Assembly (NCBI GenBank): GCA_041178425.1
Contig: JBEGVH010000009.1
Coordinates: 128,001 to 192,000 of the forward strand
Reading direction: 5' to 3'
From: Pseudomonadota bacterium
GTDB taxonomy: Bacteria; Bdellovibrionota; Bdellovibrionia; Bdellovibrionales; Bdellovibrionaceae
DNA length: 64,000 nt
This document shows, piece after piece, positions 10,096 to 20,320 of the stretch (positions are counted from its first letter, which is position 1; each line of letters begins with the position of its first letter). The notes under the pieces are model-generated. The model worked only from the letters and a program-made list of their open reading frames with translations. It searched no databases and was not told the DNA's origin. A program made the translations under genes and the position numbers.

Positions 10096-11442
10096 TTAAA
10101 AAAATCGAAACACAAATCCCAACACTATAACCACGGGCACAAAATATTTTAAACTCCACCGCCAAGGTCCATAAAGGGAAGAACTATTAAGGTGTTCGGG
10201 GTTGCAGAATTCTTGCTCCTTTGGAGCCTCTGGAATAATTGCCGAGATCACAAAACTCACACATAAAGCCACCAAAGGTAGGGCCCAAGTGATCAAGACC
10301 GTATCAATATTTTCAAGTAACCCTCTCCCGCCCATTTGAATTTGACTTAAATTACTACTCGAAAAAGCTGGAATTGTTGCAATTAAAAACGCAAAAACAC
10401 AACTAATCATCGTCGACTTACGACGACCAAGACGAGGAAAACGATCTCCCATATTTGAAACAACAGCTTCAAGCAATCCAATGCTTGCACCCAGTGAGGC
10501 CAGATATAAACACAAAAAGAAAACCAAACCCAAATAGGGGCCGGCTTTACTCATCATAAAAAAAGCAGGTAACGCTTCGAAAATCAAAGTGGGATCGGTC
10601 AATCGAGCTTGTGATACCTGCAAAGCCATAGGAAAGACCAATAACCCTGCCAAGAGTGAAATCATTGTGTCGGTGAAGGCTACTCGAAATCCGGCCGTTG
10701 GCACGTGATCATTGTCATTCATGTAGCTTCCGAAGGTGACCATGGTTCCGAATCCAACAGAGAGAGTGAAGAAAACATGACCGAGAGCTGAGATTAGCGA
10801 GGATGAGTTCAATTTTGAAAAATCAGGATAAAATATGAATCGCAACGCCTGCCCAGCTGTTGGCAAGGCCAACGAACGTGCCACTAAATAAACTAGTAAG
10901 ATAATAAAGAGTGGCATCATGTTTCCAATCCACTTCTCGACGCCCTCTTGCACACCCTTGACCACAACAATGAAAACTATCAGAAGGTGAACACTCGCCA
11001 GCCCTGCCTGCAAAAGCCCGTTTGCCATCAGCGCTGCTAGAAAATCGTTTTGTTCCACGTTAGCGCGCACAAAACCCGACAAAAATTGCATGGCAAAATG
11101 AAGCACCCAACCACTTATTACGGCGTAATAACTGAGAATAATCAGAGATAAAATAACACTAATCGGTGCGATAAATTGAAGAAGCCTAACATTGGCCCCT
11201 TTAATCTGAGGTGCTGCCCCCATTAGACTTCTTTGGGTAAACTTTCCGAGCAGTAATTCTCCAACCAAAAGGGGTAAACCAACTGAGAGCGCCAACACTA
11301 AGTAAAGGAGCACGAAGGCTCCTCCACCGTTTTCCCCAACGACGTATGGAAAACGCCACACATTGCCGAGCCCACATGCAGAGCCTATGGCAACCAGATA
11401 AAAGCCCAATCGAGTTGCCCACAGGCTGCGCTTCGTTCTCAT
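10096..11442 (-). CDS. Sodium-dependent transporter, NSS/SNF family
   Basis: GSACGLGNVWRFPY, GGGAF, FFTLSVGFG signature motifs. Confidence 0.95.
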   Translation of the reverse strand: MRTKRSLWATRLGFYLVAIGSACGLGNVWRFPYVVGENGGGAFVLLYLVLALSVGLPLLVGELLLGKFTQRSLMGAAPQIKGANVRLLQFIAPISVILSLIILSYYAVISGWVLHFAMQFLSGFVRANVEQNDFLAALMANGLLQAGLASVHLLIVFIVVVKGVQEGVEKWIGNMMPLFIILLVYLVARSLALPTAGQALRFIFYPDFSKLNSSSLISALGHVFFTLSVGFGTMVTFGSYMNDNDHVPTAGFRVAFTDTMISLLAGLLVFPMALQVSQARLTDPTLIFEALPAFFMMSKAGPYLGLVFFLCLYLASLGASIGLLEAVVSNMGDRFPRLGRRKSTMISCVFAFLIATIPAFSSSNLSQIQMGGRGLLENIDTVLITWALPLVALCVSFVISAIIPEAPKEQEFCNPEHLNSSSLYGPWRWSLKYFVPVVIVLGFVFRFF

Positions 11443-12791
11443 CGCCCCTCTCCACCTCCGCTTTTCATGACGAAAATGCGTATTGGAATTCCGTGAAGAT
11501 CAAATCGGCTCTTGAGATGCTTCATCAAAAACCGACGATACTGTGGAGTCACACCGTCGGGGTGGTTGGCAAAAGCAATAAACGACGGTGGTTTTTGGAA
11601 TGTTTGAGTTAAGTAGTAGAACTTAACATTCGTTGTTCCCCATACGGGGGCAGGAGCTTTTCGAATAGTTTCAAAAAAGAAATCATTAAGCTCTGCCGTT
11701 TGAATGCGCGTTTCAAGTTTAACAGAAACATCTTCGATTGTTTTAAGGAGCGCTTCTAGCCCAGAGCCAGTCACTGCACTTGTAAAGACGATAGGTATGT
11801 CTGAGAAGAAATGAAGTTCTTCCTCAACGCGACCTCTAAACCAATCCCTGTAGCCCTCCACCTTATCTTTGGCCGTATCTGATTTATTAGCAACTAAGAC
11901 CACAGCTTTGTGATTTTCTAAAATATGCTGCAATATTTTTGCATCTTGATCGGTAGGTCCAATATTACCGTCGATGACCAACAAGATAATCTGAGCTCGA
12001 CGAATCGACTCCTGAGATTTAAAAGCTGACAAGATCTCTATATCATCCTCTCGTCGTGCCGATCGACGAAGACCAGCAGTATCTACAAGAACATATTGAC
12101 TACCATTATAAATAAAAGGTGTATCGACCGAATCAACGGTGGTGCCCGCGATATCACTCACGATCATACGGTTCTCACCGGTAAGAGCATTTACGATTGA
12201 ACTCTTTCCTACGTTGGGTTTACCCACAATGGCTAAGCGAGGGCCACGCTGAAGATCTTGTTTAAATTCTGGTAAATTTTTATGTAGCCACTCCAAGAGT
12301 TCACTAAGTCCTCGGCGTTGCTCAAAGGAGGTCGCCACGAGGTCTTCGCCAAACTCATAAAACTCTGCTTTAACAAGATCTTCATCTCGGCCGCTATCGA
12401 CCTTGTTAACAACGATCAACAACTTTTTACCAACCGTTTTGGCAATTCGCACCACTTCACGATCTTCAGGTATCAAGCCAGCGCGTCCATCCATTACAAC
12501 AACCAGGAGATCGACGTCCGAAAGAAACTCGACGACTTGTTCGCGAATAAGTTGCGAAAAGGTATCAGGAGCTTCTGTAAGCCCACCTGTATCTACGATA
12601 AGAAACTTTTTTCCCCAAATTTCTGCAACTTCTAATTGGATATCGCGAGTCACACCGGGCTGATCTTTAACGACAGCCTTTCTGGTCTCGGTCAACAAGT
12701 TAAACAATGTAGATTTACCAACATTGGGGCGACCAATGATAGCCACTTTGGGAAAATCACCCTGCATACTTTCACTTGGTTGAAATGACAT
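11439..12791 (-). CDS. der: Ribosome biogenesis GTPase Der
   Basis: Tandem G domains (GRPNVGKS..DTGG..NKVD; GKPNVGKS..DTAG..NKSD) plus KH-like C-terminus. Confidence 0.97.
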   Translation of the reverse strand: MSFQPSESMQGDFPKVAIIGRPNVGKSTLFNLLTETRKAVVKDQPGVTRDIQLEVAEIWGKKFLIVDTGGLTEAPDTFSQLIREQVVEFLSDVDLLVVVMDGRAGLIPEDREVVRIAKTVGKKLLIVVNKVDSGRDEDLVKAEFYEFGEDLVATSFEQRRGLSELLEWLHKNLPEFKQDLQRGPRLAIVGKPNVGKSSIVNALTGENRMIVSDIAGTTVDSVDTPFIYNGSQYVLVDTAGLRRSARREDDIEILSAFKSQESIRRAQIILLVIDGNIGPTDQDAKILQHILENHKAVVLVANKSDTAKDKVEGYRDWFRGRVEEELHFFSDIPIVFTSAVTGSGLEALLKTIEDVSVKLETRIQTAELNDFFFETIRKAPAPVWGTTNVKFYYLTQTFQKPPSFIAFANHPDGVTPQYRRFLMKHLKSRFDLHGIPIRIFVMKSGGGEGR

Positions 12792-13674
12792 AACCCAACT
12801 CCTCCATCATTTGCTGATTACCCATCCAATTCGGACGAATCGCTACGTGAAACTGCAGAAACACTTTGCTACCCATGAGTTTCTCAATGTCTTTTCGAGC
12901 CTCTGTTCCAATTTTTTTCAAAGTAGCGCCGCCCTTTCCAATGACTATACCTTTGTGAGTATCCTTGCTCACCAAAATCTCAAAGGAGAGATGGGGAATC
13001 GCTTCTGTTTCATCGAATTTTATCATTCGCACAGCCATCTGGTAAGGAAGCTCTTTTTCAAGAAACTCAAAACACTTTTCTCGAACCAATTCGACTGCGA
13101 GCTCCCGCATTGTATGGGGCGTGAAAATCTCACTGTCATAAAGTGGGCCAGGGTTCCCAGGAAGGTTCTCTCGGCAAAACTGTAAAATGTCAGCTGTGGG
13201 CACGCCCTCTTCATGAGAGCAGGTTCCGGTAAAATACTTTCCCTTACGAAGTTCAACTTTTTCAATAATCTTACCGAGGCGATGGGCCTTTTCCTGAAGG
13301 TCGGTCTTGTTTATAAAAACAGCCCATGGTTTGCGATGGTGGGCAACCATATCAAGAATTTCATCCACTTGTTCTGGGGTCTCCGTATCAAGACTCACAA
13401 TCGCTAACAGAACATCACTCTCTTCAATAACCGATTGTAATTCTTTTTGCAAAAATGGATTGATCCCAGAGCTCGTTTTCACAAGGCCAGGAGCATCTAC
13501 AAAAACTACTTGGGTCTCTTCTGTTGTTACTATTCCCAAAACACGTCGACGAGTCGTTTGTGGTTTGGGTGTGACCGCTGCTACTTTCTCATCAACTATT
13601 CGGTTGAGAAAACTACTCTTTCCTGCATTTGGGTGCCCTATTAATCCGACAAAGCCCGCTTTAAATTCACTCAT
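12772..13674 (-). CDS. era: GTPase Era
   Basis: GHPNAGKS, PQTTR, NKTD, KH motif IVIGKGGATLK; ATG at 13674 preferred (TTG at 13683 possible). Confidence 0.97.
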   Translation of the reverse strand: MSEFKAGFVGLIGHPNAGKSSFLNRIVDEKVAAVTPKPQTTRRRVLGIVTTEETQVVFVDAPGLVKTSSGINPFLQKELQSVIEESDVLLAIVSLDTETPEQVDEILDMVAHHRKPWAVFINKTDLQEKAHRLGKIIEKVELRKGKYFTGTCSHEEGVPTADILQFCRENLPGNPGPLYDSEIFTPHTMRELAVELVREKCFEFLEKELPYQMAVRMIKFDETEAIPHLSFEILVSKDTHKGIVIGKGGATLKKIGTEARKDIEKLMGSKVFLQFHVAIRPNWMGNQQMMEELGYVISTK

Positions 13675-13709
13675 TTCAATCAACCTTCCTCAATGTCTGC
13701 GTCTTAAAT

Positions 13710-14408
13710 TTAAACTTTTATTTCTCGACCTAAGAATTCCTCTAAGGCCACTTGTGCAGCGTTTTGTTCTGCTTGTTTTTTACTTTTGCCTTCGCCAAAG
13801 GCGAGCACTTTATCAACGACTCGAACACTCACTCTGAAGGTACGATCATGAGGAGGGCCAGATTCACTTTCTAAAACATAGGTTGGCGTTTGCAAAAGCT
13901 CCTTTTGCACCACTTCTTGCAAGCGTGTTTTATAATCTTTGCGATACTCTTGTTCGGTTCCCTGATTTTGCACCCGCTGATGGAAGAACTGAGCCACCAC
14001 CCTGAATGCTTGTTCGTAACCACTATCGAGATAAATGGCTCCAATCAGTGCCTCGAGAGCGCTCGCTATCAATCGCGGTTTAAGGGCGCCACCACTCAAT
14101 CGCTCACCTTTTCCTAGGATCAATAATTCAGAAAGTCCCAGATCCTGCCCAATCACAGCTAAGGTACCCTCGCTCACCAAAGCAGCGCGGCGATGGGAGA
14201 GTGGGCCCTCTTGCTCATTGGGATAGGAGCGCCAAAGTAAATCGCTCACCGCAAGATCAAGAACTGCATCACCAAGGAATTCGAGCCTTTCGTTATCGAC
14301 GCCCTCTGACCTACCATGTTCAACGGCAAAACTTCGATGGGTGAGCGCCTGCTCTAATAACTGAGCGCTCTTAAACTGATAATTGATTTTATTCATGAGA
14401 TTATTCAT
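13710..14408 (-). CDS. rnc: Ribonuclease III
   Basis: NERLEFLGDAVL signature; C-terminal dsRBD DYKTRLQE..GPPH..GKSKKQAEQ. Confidence 0.98.
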   Translation of the reverse strand: MNNLMNKINYQFKSAQLLEQALTHRSFAVEHGRSEGVDNERLEFLGDAVLDLAVSDLLWRSYPNEQEGPLSHRRAALVSEGTLAVIGQDLGLSELLILGKGERLSGGALKPRLIASALEALIGAIYLDSGYEQAFRVVAQFFHQRVQNQGTEQEYRKDYKTRLQEVVQKELLQTPTYVLESESGPPHDRTFRVSVRVVDKVLAFGEGKSKKQAEQNAAQVALEEFLGREIKV

Positions 14409-15744
14409 GAATCACCCGCTCTCCCTTAAGTGAAATCTCAAAACTCGATAGCGAAGGGCGCATCCAATCGGAAACGGTAACATCGATTTCAGATCCAGGC
14501 GCCAAGAGAGAGCCACTCTGAGCCACTTGAACGGGCCAGTAGTCTCTCGAGAGACCATGAATGATCCCTTCCTGGTTTTTAAGAATGAGTATCTTTTTTG
14601 AGGTACCAACCTGAAGTGCGGCCTCTTCTTGATGGCGAGCCATCGATAAATCCCGCAGAAATTCAGAACGACGACGACGTTCCGAGACCGCAACTGTCTC
14701 GCTCATCTGCGCCGCTCTCGTTCCCGACCGCTCACTGTAAGGAAACACGTGTAGACGTGTCCATGGTGTATCTTTTAAAAGTTCGTAGGTTTTCAAAAAG
14801 CGTTCATCTGTTTCGGTTGGAAATCCAACAATAACATCCATTCCAATAAATGCATCTGGAAGTCGACGCCGAATGGTCTCGAGCGATGTACGCACATCTT
14901 TTGCAGAGTACTTTCGCTTCATATCTTTCAAAACCTGATCTTCTGCGCTCTGAATACTCATGTGAAAATGAGGACAAAGCCTTGAATCACTATACAGGTC
15001 TAATAATCTCTCCGAAACTTCTACAGGCTCCAGTGAGGTTAAACGAATTCGTTGAATTGCAGTTCGCTTCAATACGGTTTCAATTAAATCTTCTAGCAGT
15101 AGTTCTTCATTGGCTTTCGCATCGGAATAATCGCCAATGTGAACACCTGTCAAAACCACTTCATTGTATCCTGCTCTCTCAAGATCTTTGATTCGAGTCA
15201 CTAGAACATCGATTGGAATACTTCGACTCTTTCCCCGCGCATAGGGAATGATACAATAGGTACAAAAACTATTACATCCATCTTGTATTTTAAGAAAGGC
15301 TCTCGTGTGTTGGCTCTCTTCACCCCCACCTGCTTCGAGGTCTTCTTTTCTAAAAATATTGGATTTAAAAATTTTTTCTTTAATCTCACCCTTGAAATAC
15401 TGCTCTATAATTTCGGGCAAGAAATTCTTGTGAGAATTAGCCACCACTAGATCGGCACCCGGCAAGGATTCATAAACATTCGTATCGACCTGTGCCGAAC
15501 ACCCGGTCACGACCACCGTGGAGAAAGGGTCTTTGGCCTTAATGCGCCGAATACTCTTAACTGCCTCTTTGGTCGCCTCTGCAGTGACCGCACAGGTATT
15601 AAGAATGTGAATTCTGCGATCGTGCCAGTTCTGATTGAATCCCCATCGTTGGAGATTTTTTTCCATCAAGCCACTATCGTAAGTATTGACCTTACAACCA
15701 AAGGTATAAATTTTGTAATTTGGTTTGGTAAGTTGATTATCCAT
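14401..15744 (-). CDS. mtaB: tRNA t6A37 methylthiotransferase MtaB
   Basis: TFGCKVN, NTCAVT, radical SAM KIQDGCNSFCTYC, LHVFPYSERSGT; TAATG coupling to mnmA stop. Confidence 0.92.
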   Translation of the reverse strand: MDNQLTKPNYKIYTFGCKVNTYDSGLMEKNLQRWGFNQNWHDRRIHILNTCAVTAEATKEAVKSIRRIKAKDPFSTVVVTGCSAQVDTNVYESLPGADLVVANSHKNFLPEIIEQYFKGEIKEKIFKSNIFRKEDLEAGGGEESQHTRAFLKIQDGCNSFCTYCIIPYARGKSRSIPIDVLVTRIKDLERAGYNEVVLTGVHIGDYSDAKANEELLLEDLIETVLKRTAIQRIRLTSLEPVEVSERLLDLYSDSRLCPHFHMSIQSAEDQVLKDMKRKYSAKDVRTSLETIRRRLPDAFIGMDVIVGFPTETDERFLKTYELLKDTPWTRLHVFPYSERSGTRAAQMSETVAVSERRRRSEFLRDLSMARHQEEAALQVGTSKKILILKNQEGIIHGLSRDYWPVQVAQSGSLLAPGSEIDVTVSDWMRPSLSSFEISLKGERVIHE

Positions 15745-16826
15745 TAGAGAATCCAACCTCCACCAACAAGTTCTCTGTCACGATAAAAAACGGCTGCCTG
15801 CCCCGGAGTGATCGCACGCTGGGGTTCAGCAAACTTTAATCGATAACCCTTTTCAGATTTAGAGATTGTGGCCATGGAACCAGGGTGTTGATAACGAATT
15901 TTGACTCTGAGGTCTTCGCCCTCTGACCAATGAGTTAGCCAGTTAACGTTTTGGATTTCTAATTCAGAGTGAAAGAGAAATTTTTCATCTCCCACCCAAA
16001 CAGTCTGAGTTTCAGCATCGAGTTTAATCACAAATAATTTTTCGTGAAAGGTCATCCCTAAACCACGACTTTGTCCGAGCGTGAACTGATAGATTCCACG
16101 ATGTTCTCCCATTATTTCACCCTCGGGGTAACGTCGAATATAGCCTGCCTTGAGGTCTTTCTTATCTACGTGCTCTTCAACAAAAGTTGTGTAGCCCCGA
16201 TCACCCACAAAACAAATTCCCGTCGAATCTTTCTTTTTGGCCACACAAAGCCCTCTCGCTTCTGCTATGGCCCTGACTTCGGGCTTTTTCAAGTGTCCGA
16301 TGGGAAACATGATTTTCCCTAGAATCTCTTTTTTTAGGGTGAAAAGAAAATAGGTCTGATCTTTCCAGTCATCAGTGCTGGTAAAAATAGCTTCTTCATT
16401 CCATGCATTCTTTACCACTTGTGCATAGTGACCCGTTGCCAAATAATCGCAGTCGAGTTCTTTCATTTTTTGTACGAGGTGATCAAACTTCAAAAAGGTA
16501 TTGCAATTCACGCAAGGAAGCGGAGTTTGCCCCTTTAAGTAAGAATTCAAAAAAGGATCGATCACCGCAGATTTAAATTTTGCCTCACAATTAATAACAT
16601 AAAAAGGAATGTCTAAACGATCGGCGACGCTTCTAGCATCATCGACATCTGTACTTGAGCAGCATGTTCCATGACCTTCCTCAATATCACATTGAGAATA
16701 ATCCCAGACTTGCATCGTGGCGCCGATCACCTGATAACCTTGTTCAACTAAAAGAGCTGCAGCAACAGAGCTATCCACTCCTCCACTCATCGCCACCAGA
16801 ACTCTTTTCTTGTTATTCTTTTCCAT
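15744..16826 (-). CDS. mnmA: tRNA 2-thiouridylase MnmA
   Basis: AMSGGVDSS PP-loop, ATGHYA, KDQTYFL, DSTGICF, ITPGQAAVFY. Confidence 0.97.
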   Translation of the reverse strand: MEKNNKKRVLVAMSGGVDSSVAAALLVEQGYQVIGATMQVWDYSQCDIEEGHGTCCSSTDVDDARSVADRLDIPFYVINCEAKFKSAVIDPFLNSYLKGQTPLPCVNCNTFLKFDHLVQKMKELDCDYLATGHYAQVVKNAWNEEAIFTSTDDWKDQTYFLFTLKKEILGKIMFPIGHLKKPEVRAIAEARGLCVAKKKDSTGICFVGDRGYTTFVEEHVDKKDLKAGYIRRYPEGEIMGEHRGIYQFTLGQSRGLGMTFHEKLFVIKLDAETQTVWVGDEKFLFHSELEIQNVNWLTHWSEGEDLRVKIRYQHPGSMATISKSEKGYRLKFAEPQRAITPGQAAVFYRDRELVGGGWIL

Positions 16827-16869
16827 ATACTTTCTCACTCAATAAATGACGTATAAACTCTTGCAAGAA

Positions 16870-18051
16870 TTACTTTAACGAACGTAAATGCAGTACAATT
16901 TCTTTAAGTACGACAACAAAGCGATCCAGATCATCTTTTTGGGTGTCCCAACCAAAACTCACCCGCAAACTACTTTGTGCCTCTTCTCGGCTGAGGCCCA
17001 TCGCTAACAAAACCGGGCTCGGCTCTGGAGATCCACTGCTGCATGCAGCACCCGTACTGACGGCAAAGCCTGCCAAGTCAAGCCTCATCAACAATGTTTC
17101 CCCATCAACGCCCTCAATAACAAGGGAGCTGGTGTTAGGTAATCGAGGGGCCTTGTCTGCTGTGATGCTGACTCCGGAGAGGACCTTCAACAACTGCCCC
17201 TCAAAATAAGCTCTCAGCTCTGAACGACTTAAGTGATGTTCATAGACGTTCTCCAGGTGAGGGACGATTTCTTGAATGGATCGAAGAGCCAGAATATTCT
17301 CCGTCCCACCTCGACGCTGGCGCTCCTGTCCCCCTCCTGTGATTTGACTACAGAGAGGAGAATTCTTTTTTATATACAACCAACCCGCCCCTTTGAGCGC
17401 ATGAAATTTGTGTGCCGAAAAACTCGCGTAATCAACACCACATTGGTTCAAATGAATACTGAGTTTTCCCAAGGCTTGAACGGCATCAGTATGAACCCGA
17501 ACACCCTTTTGTTTCGAATACTGAACTATTTTTTCTATTGGGAGGATTGTGCCCGTTTCGTTATTGGCAATCATCATCGAAACTAAAACAGTCTCTTCGC
17601 TGAAGGCTGTTTCAAATTCGCTCCAAGCGAATTCTCCATCGCGATTCACAGAAATTCGACTCACTCTCACACCAAGTTTCTCCAATTCGTCTAGCGTTTT
17701 CTTTACGCTTGGATGTTCGATGGTGCTGGTGATAAAATGGATTTTATTGATTGAACGACCTTGCCTTAAATAATGTTCAAACGTTCCGCGCAAAACTAAA
17801 TTGTTTGATTCGGAGCCGCCGCTGGTAAAAACCAACTCCAAAGGGTGGCACCCAAGACCCTTGGCCAATTTTTCTCGAGTTTCTCGCAAGATCGTTTTAG
17901 AGCCTCGCCCAGCCCAATGAATAGAACTCGGATTTCCCCAGACTTTGAGCCATTCCTGAATATTCTCAGAAATGGTCATCAACGGAGGAGTGGTTGCATT
18001 GTGGTCGAGATACACTCGACCTTCAGAGGGCTTTAAAAGTTTTATTGTCAT
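16870..18051 (-). CDS. iscS: Cysteine desulfurase (IscS/NifS family)
   Basis: YLDHNATT, GNPSS, HTDAVQ, SAHKFH (PLP Lys), STGAACSSG; upstream of mnmA. Confidence 0.92.
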   Translation of the reverse strand: MTIKLLKPSEGRVYLDHNATTPPLMTISENIQEWLKVWGNPSSIHWAGRGSKTILRETREKLAKGLGCHPLELVFTSGGSESNNLVLRGTFEHYLRQGRSINKIHFITSTIEHPSVKKTLDELEKLGVRVSRISVNRDGEFAWSEFETAFSEETVLVSMMIANNETGTILPIEKIVQYSKQKGVRVHTDAVQALGKLSIHLNQCGVDYASFSAHKFHALKGAGWLYIKKNSPLCSQITGGGQERQRRGGTENILALRSIQEIVPHLENVYEHHLSRSELRAYFEGQLLKVLSGVSITADKAPRLPNTSSLVIEGVDGETLLMRLDLAGFAVSTGAACSSGSPEPSPVLLAMGLSREEAQSSLRVSFGWDTQKDDLDRFVVVLKEIVLHLRSLK

Positions 18052-18100
18052 GACGCAGGCAACCTACCATAAACAAAGGCCTTTTCACAAGGGAAGAAAC

Positions 18101-18128
18101 TAAAGCTTCTCTCTCTGTTAGCCGATAG
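18101..18128 (+). promoter_or_regulatory. Putative sigma-28 (FliA) promoter
   Basis: TAAA-N16-GCCGATAG, 7 nt upstream of ATG 18136. Confidence 0.65.
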
Positions 18129-18135
18129 CAGGATC

Positions 18136-19383
18136 ATGAATGACGTGTTTTGGAAAACCAAATTTCCTGAGGTTTATCAGTCAGTCCAGGCTTTACCTGA
18201 GGCCCAAGCCCGAGATCCCCAGGAATGGACTCAGTTGGCCATTGAGAGCAGTCTTTTAAGCTCGGAGGACTACCTCCCGGTAGCTCAAAATTATTATTCC
18301 CTAGCGGTTTTAAATGATCGTTTTTTCACAGAACAATTTACGACACTGGTCTATGAAAAATACAAATCTGAGTTCAATTGGAGCTCAACGGCAGTGCCTT
18401 TTGCTGAATGGGATGGCGTTGTTTTTGTCGCCTGCCTAGATCCCCACCAGGTTCCCTCGAATCTAGAAACCGTTTACCGGCCGATATTAGCCTCCTACGA
18501 AGGCCTTACATGGGCCTGGAATCGATTGCACCAACAGCAAACAGACCTCGAAGAAACAAAGTTCGCTGAAACGGAACGCACTTCTCCCGCTCCGAAAACG
18601 CCACCTCCGCCTCCGCCGGCAGCAGATTCCTTAGCCACATTTACACCGCCACCAACCGTATCATCTGGGATCCAATCAACACAAAATCTGTTTGAACTCG
18701 TTGATACTCCAAGTGAGGCAACCTCCGAAGAGGAATTGCTCAGCTCGGAACCGCAGCCAGAGGCAGAATTTGAAATGCCTGAAGGGCTTTCGTTTGGACT
18801 TGCACCAGCACCAAGCACACCACCGCCTCCTCCACCTCAGGCTCCCCCGGCACCACCCAAGCGGCAAGTGGCACCACCGCCTTCGCCTAGAAATGATTTG
18901 AGAGATTTTGAAAGAACGGCGGCCCAGCAATTAAATATTAAAATCAATCCTGATCAGGCCATCGAAGAAGAACTCATGCTATGTTTTGCAAAAGCTTTTC
19001 AAAACTACAGAAACTTAATGATTCTGAAAGTACATGGTGATCAAGCAATTCCTTTTCGGTGGGATCCCAGCTACCGACCACCAAAGTCTGTAGAGCCCGT
19101 TAACCTTAGTAAACCAAGCGTATTTAGAATTGTATCAAAAACTCAAAAACCTTTTCACGGACCCGTCGTCCTCAACGACACCAATAAGGCTTTTTTTGCG
19201 GCCTGGTTCGGCGGCCTTCAACCGGGATTCCTAACGATTATTCCCCTCTTTTTTGATGGAGAAATGGCAGGAATGATTTTAGCGGCAGCCGATCAAATGC
19301 CTGACTCTAAGGGAAGCCTGAATTTGATGCAAACAACAGCGCAAAAGGTGGAGTCTACTTTTGGTGCGAGAATAGCCGTTTAA
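18136..19383 (+). CDS. Hypothetical protein: GspE/PilB-N-terminal-like domain, Pro/Glu-rich linker, GAF-like C-terminal domain
   Basis: AVPFAEWDGVVFVACLDP resembles T2SSE_N; poly-Pro tracts; IIPLFFDGEMAGMILA resembles the end of a GAF domain; domain calls are inference. Confidence 0.6.
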   Translation: MNDVFWKTKFPEVYQSVQALPEAQARDPQEWTQLAIESSLLSSEDYLPVAQNYYSLAVLNDRFFTEQFTTLVYEKYKSEFNWSSTAVPFAEWDGVVFVACLDPHQVPSNLETVYRPILASYEGLTWAWNRLHQQQTDLEETKFAETERTSPAPKTPPPPPPAADSLATFTPPPTVSSGIQSTQNLFELVDTPSEATSEEELLSSEPQPEAEFEMPEGLSFGLAPAPSTPPPPPPQAPPAPPKRQVAPPPSPRNDLRDFERTAAQQLNIKINPDQAIEEELMLCFAKAFQNYRNLMILKVHGDQAIPFRWDPSYRPPKSVEPVNLSKPSVFRIVSKTQKPFHGPVVLNDTNKAFFAAWFGGLQPGFLTIIPLFFDGEMAGMILAAADQMPDSKGSLNLMQTTAQKVESTFGARIAV

Positions 19384-19415
19384 ACTATTCTCACCCGAGT
19401 ACGCGGGGAATGATC

Positions 19416-20267
19416 CTAGCGTACCGATGGTTCTGTTGATTGTTTTTTAAAAACAAGAACTAGATAGGTCTTATACTTGGCAAAAGTCACCGAATCCTGA
19501 TGGGAGTATTTTTCTTTGAGAAAAATCAGCTTATCTCTCATAAAAAACGCCATAAGCTTGTAAACCCATGAAAACTTTCTTCGAACAAATTCAAAAATAG
19601 CCTCACAAACAGGAAACACCTTGGTAAATATAATTTCCTGATACAGATCCATGGTTGGCGCCGTTTCTTTGGTAATATCTTCTTTGTTTACAAGTTCAAA
19701 ACCGGCATTTTTAGCAACCTGTATAAATGACTCAAGCCTGTGACCTGACTTACTCAAATAGGGTTGGTCAATGTCGCGAGTAATAAAAAAATCAACGGCC
19801 ATCACATAGCCACCGGGTTTCACATGTTTTGAATGTAACTTCCAACCTTCTTGAGGGTTGATGTACTGGCAAGACTCCGACATTAGTACCAGGTCAACAC
19901 TTTCAGGTGCCACGTCTTTCACGTTTTCGTAAAGTCCCACGTGAGTTTTTACTTTTTGATTTGTTGCCGCTTTCGTTTTTTCCAAGAGATAAGGATCTGG
20001 ATCAATGCAGGCCACTTGGTAACCCGCCGTCACCATGGCTTTAGCGTTACCACCAGCTCCACAGCCAACATCAAGAATTGAGCGGACGTCTTTGGGAATT
20101 GAAGCGAGAATTTTTTCTGTGTATTTCTGTTGGGCCATTTTTAGCCCGTCGACGTTAATAGGAATTCCAGGTTCAAAATATCCGTAGTGGAGGTAGTCTA
20201 GCCCAAAGAGTTTTTGAGCTAGTTTTAATAAAATATCGTTATAGTAAGTTTTTGAATGTTGTTTCAT
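19416..20267 (-). CDS. Class I SAM-dependent methyltransferase (sterol/tocopherol MT-like N-terminus)
   Basis: LHYGYF, ILDVGCGAGG, VKPGG motifs. Confidence 0.9.
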   Translation of the reverse strand: MKQHSKTYYNDILLKLAQKLFGLDYLHYGYFEPGIPINVDGLKMAQQKYTEKILASIPKDVRSILDVGCGAGGNAKAMVTAGYQVACIDPDPYLLEKTKAATNQKVKTHVGLYENVKDVAPESVDLVLMSESCQYINPQEGWKLHSKHVKPGGYVMAVDFFITRDIDQPYLSKSGHRLESFIQVAKNAGFELVNKEDITKETAPTMDLYQEIIFTKVFPVCEAIFEFVRRKFSWVYKLMAFFMRDKLIFLKEKYSHQDSVTFAKYKTYLVLVFKKQSTEPSVR

Positions 20268-20320
20268 AGCTTAAAAGATCTAGCAGACTTTATTCGCAAT
20301 CGACAACGCTTTTATCTCAC

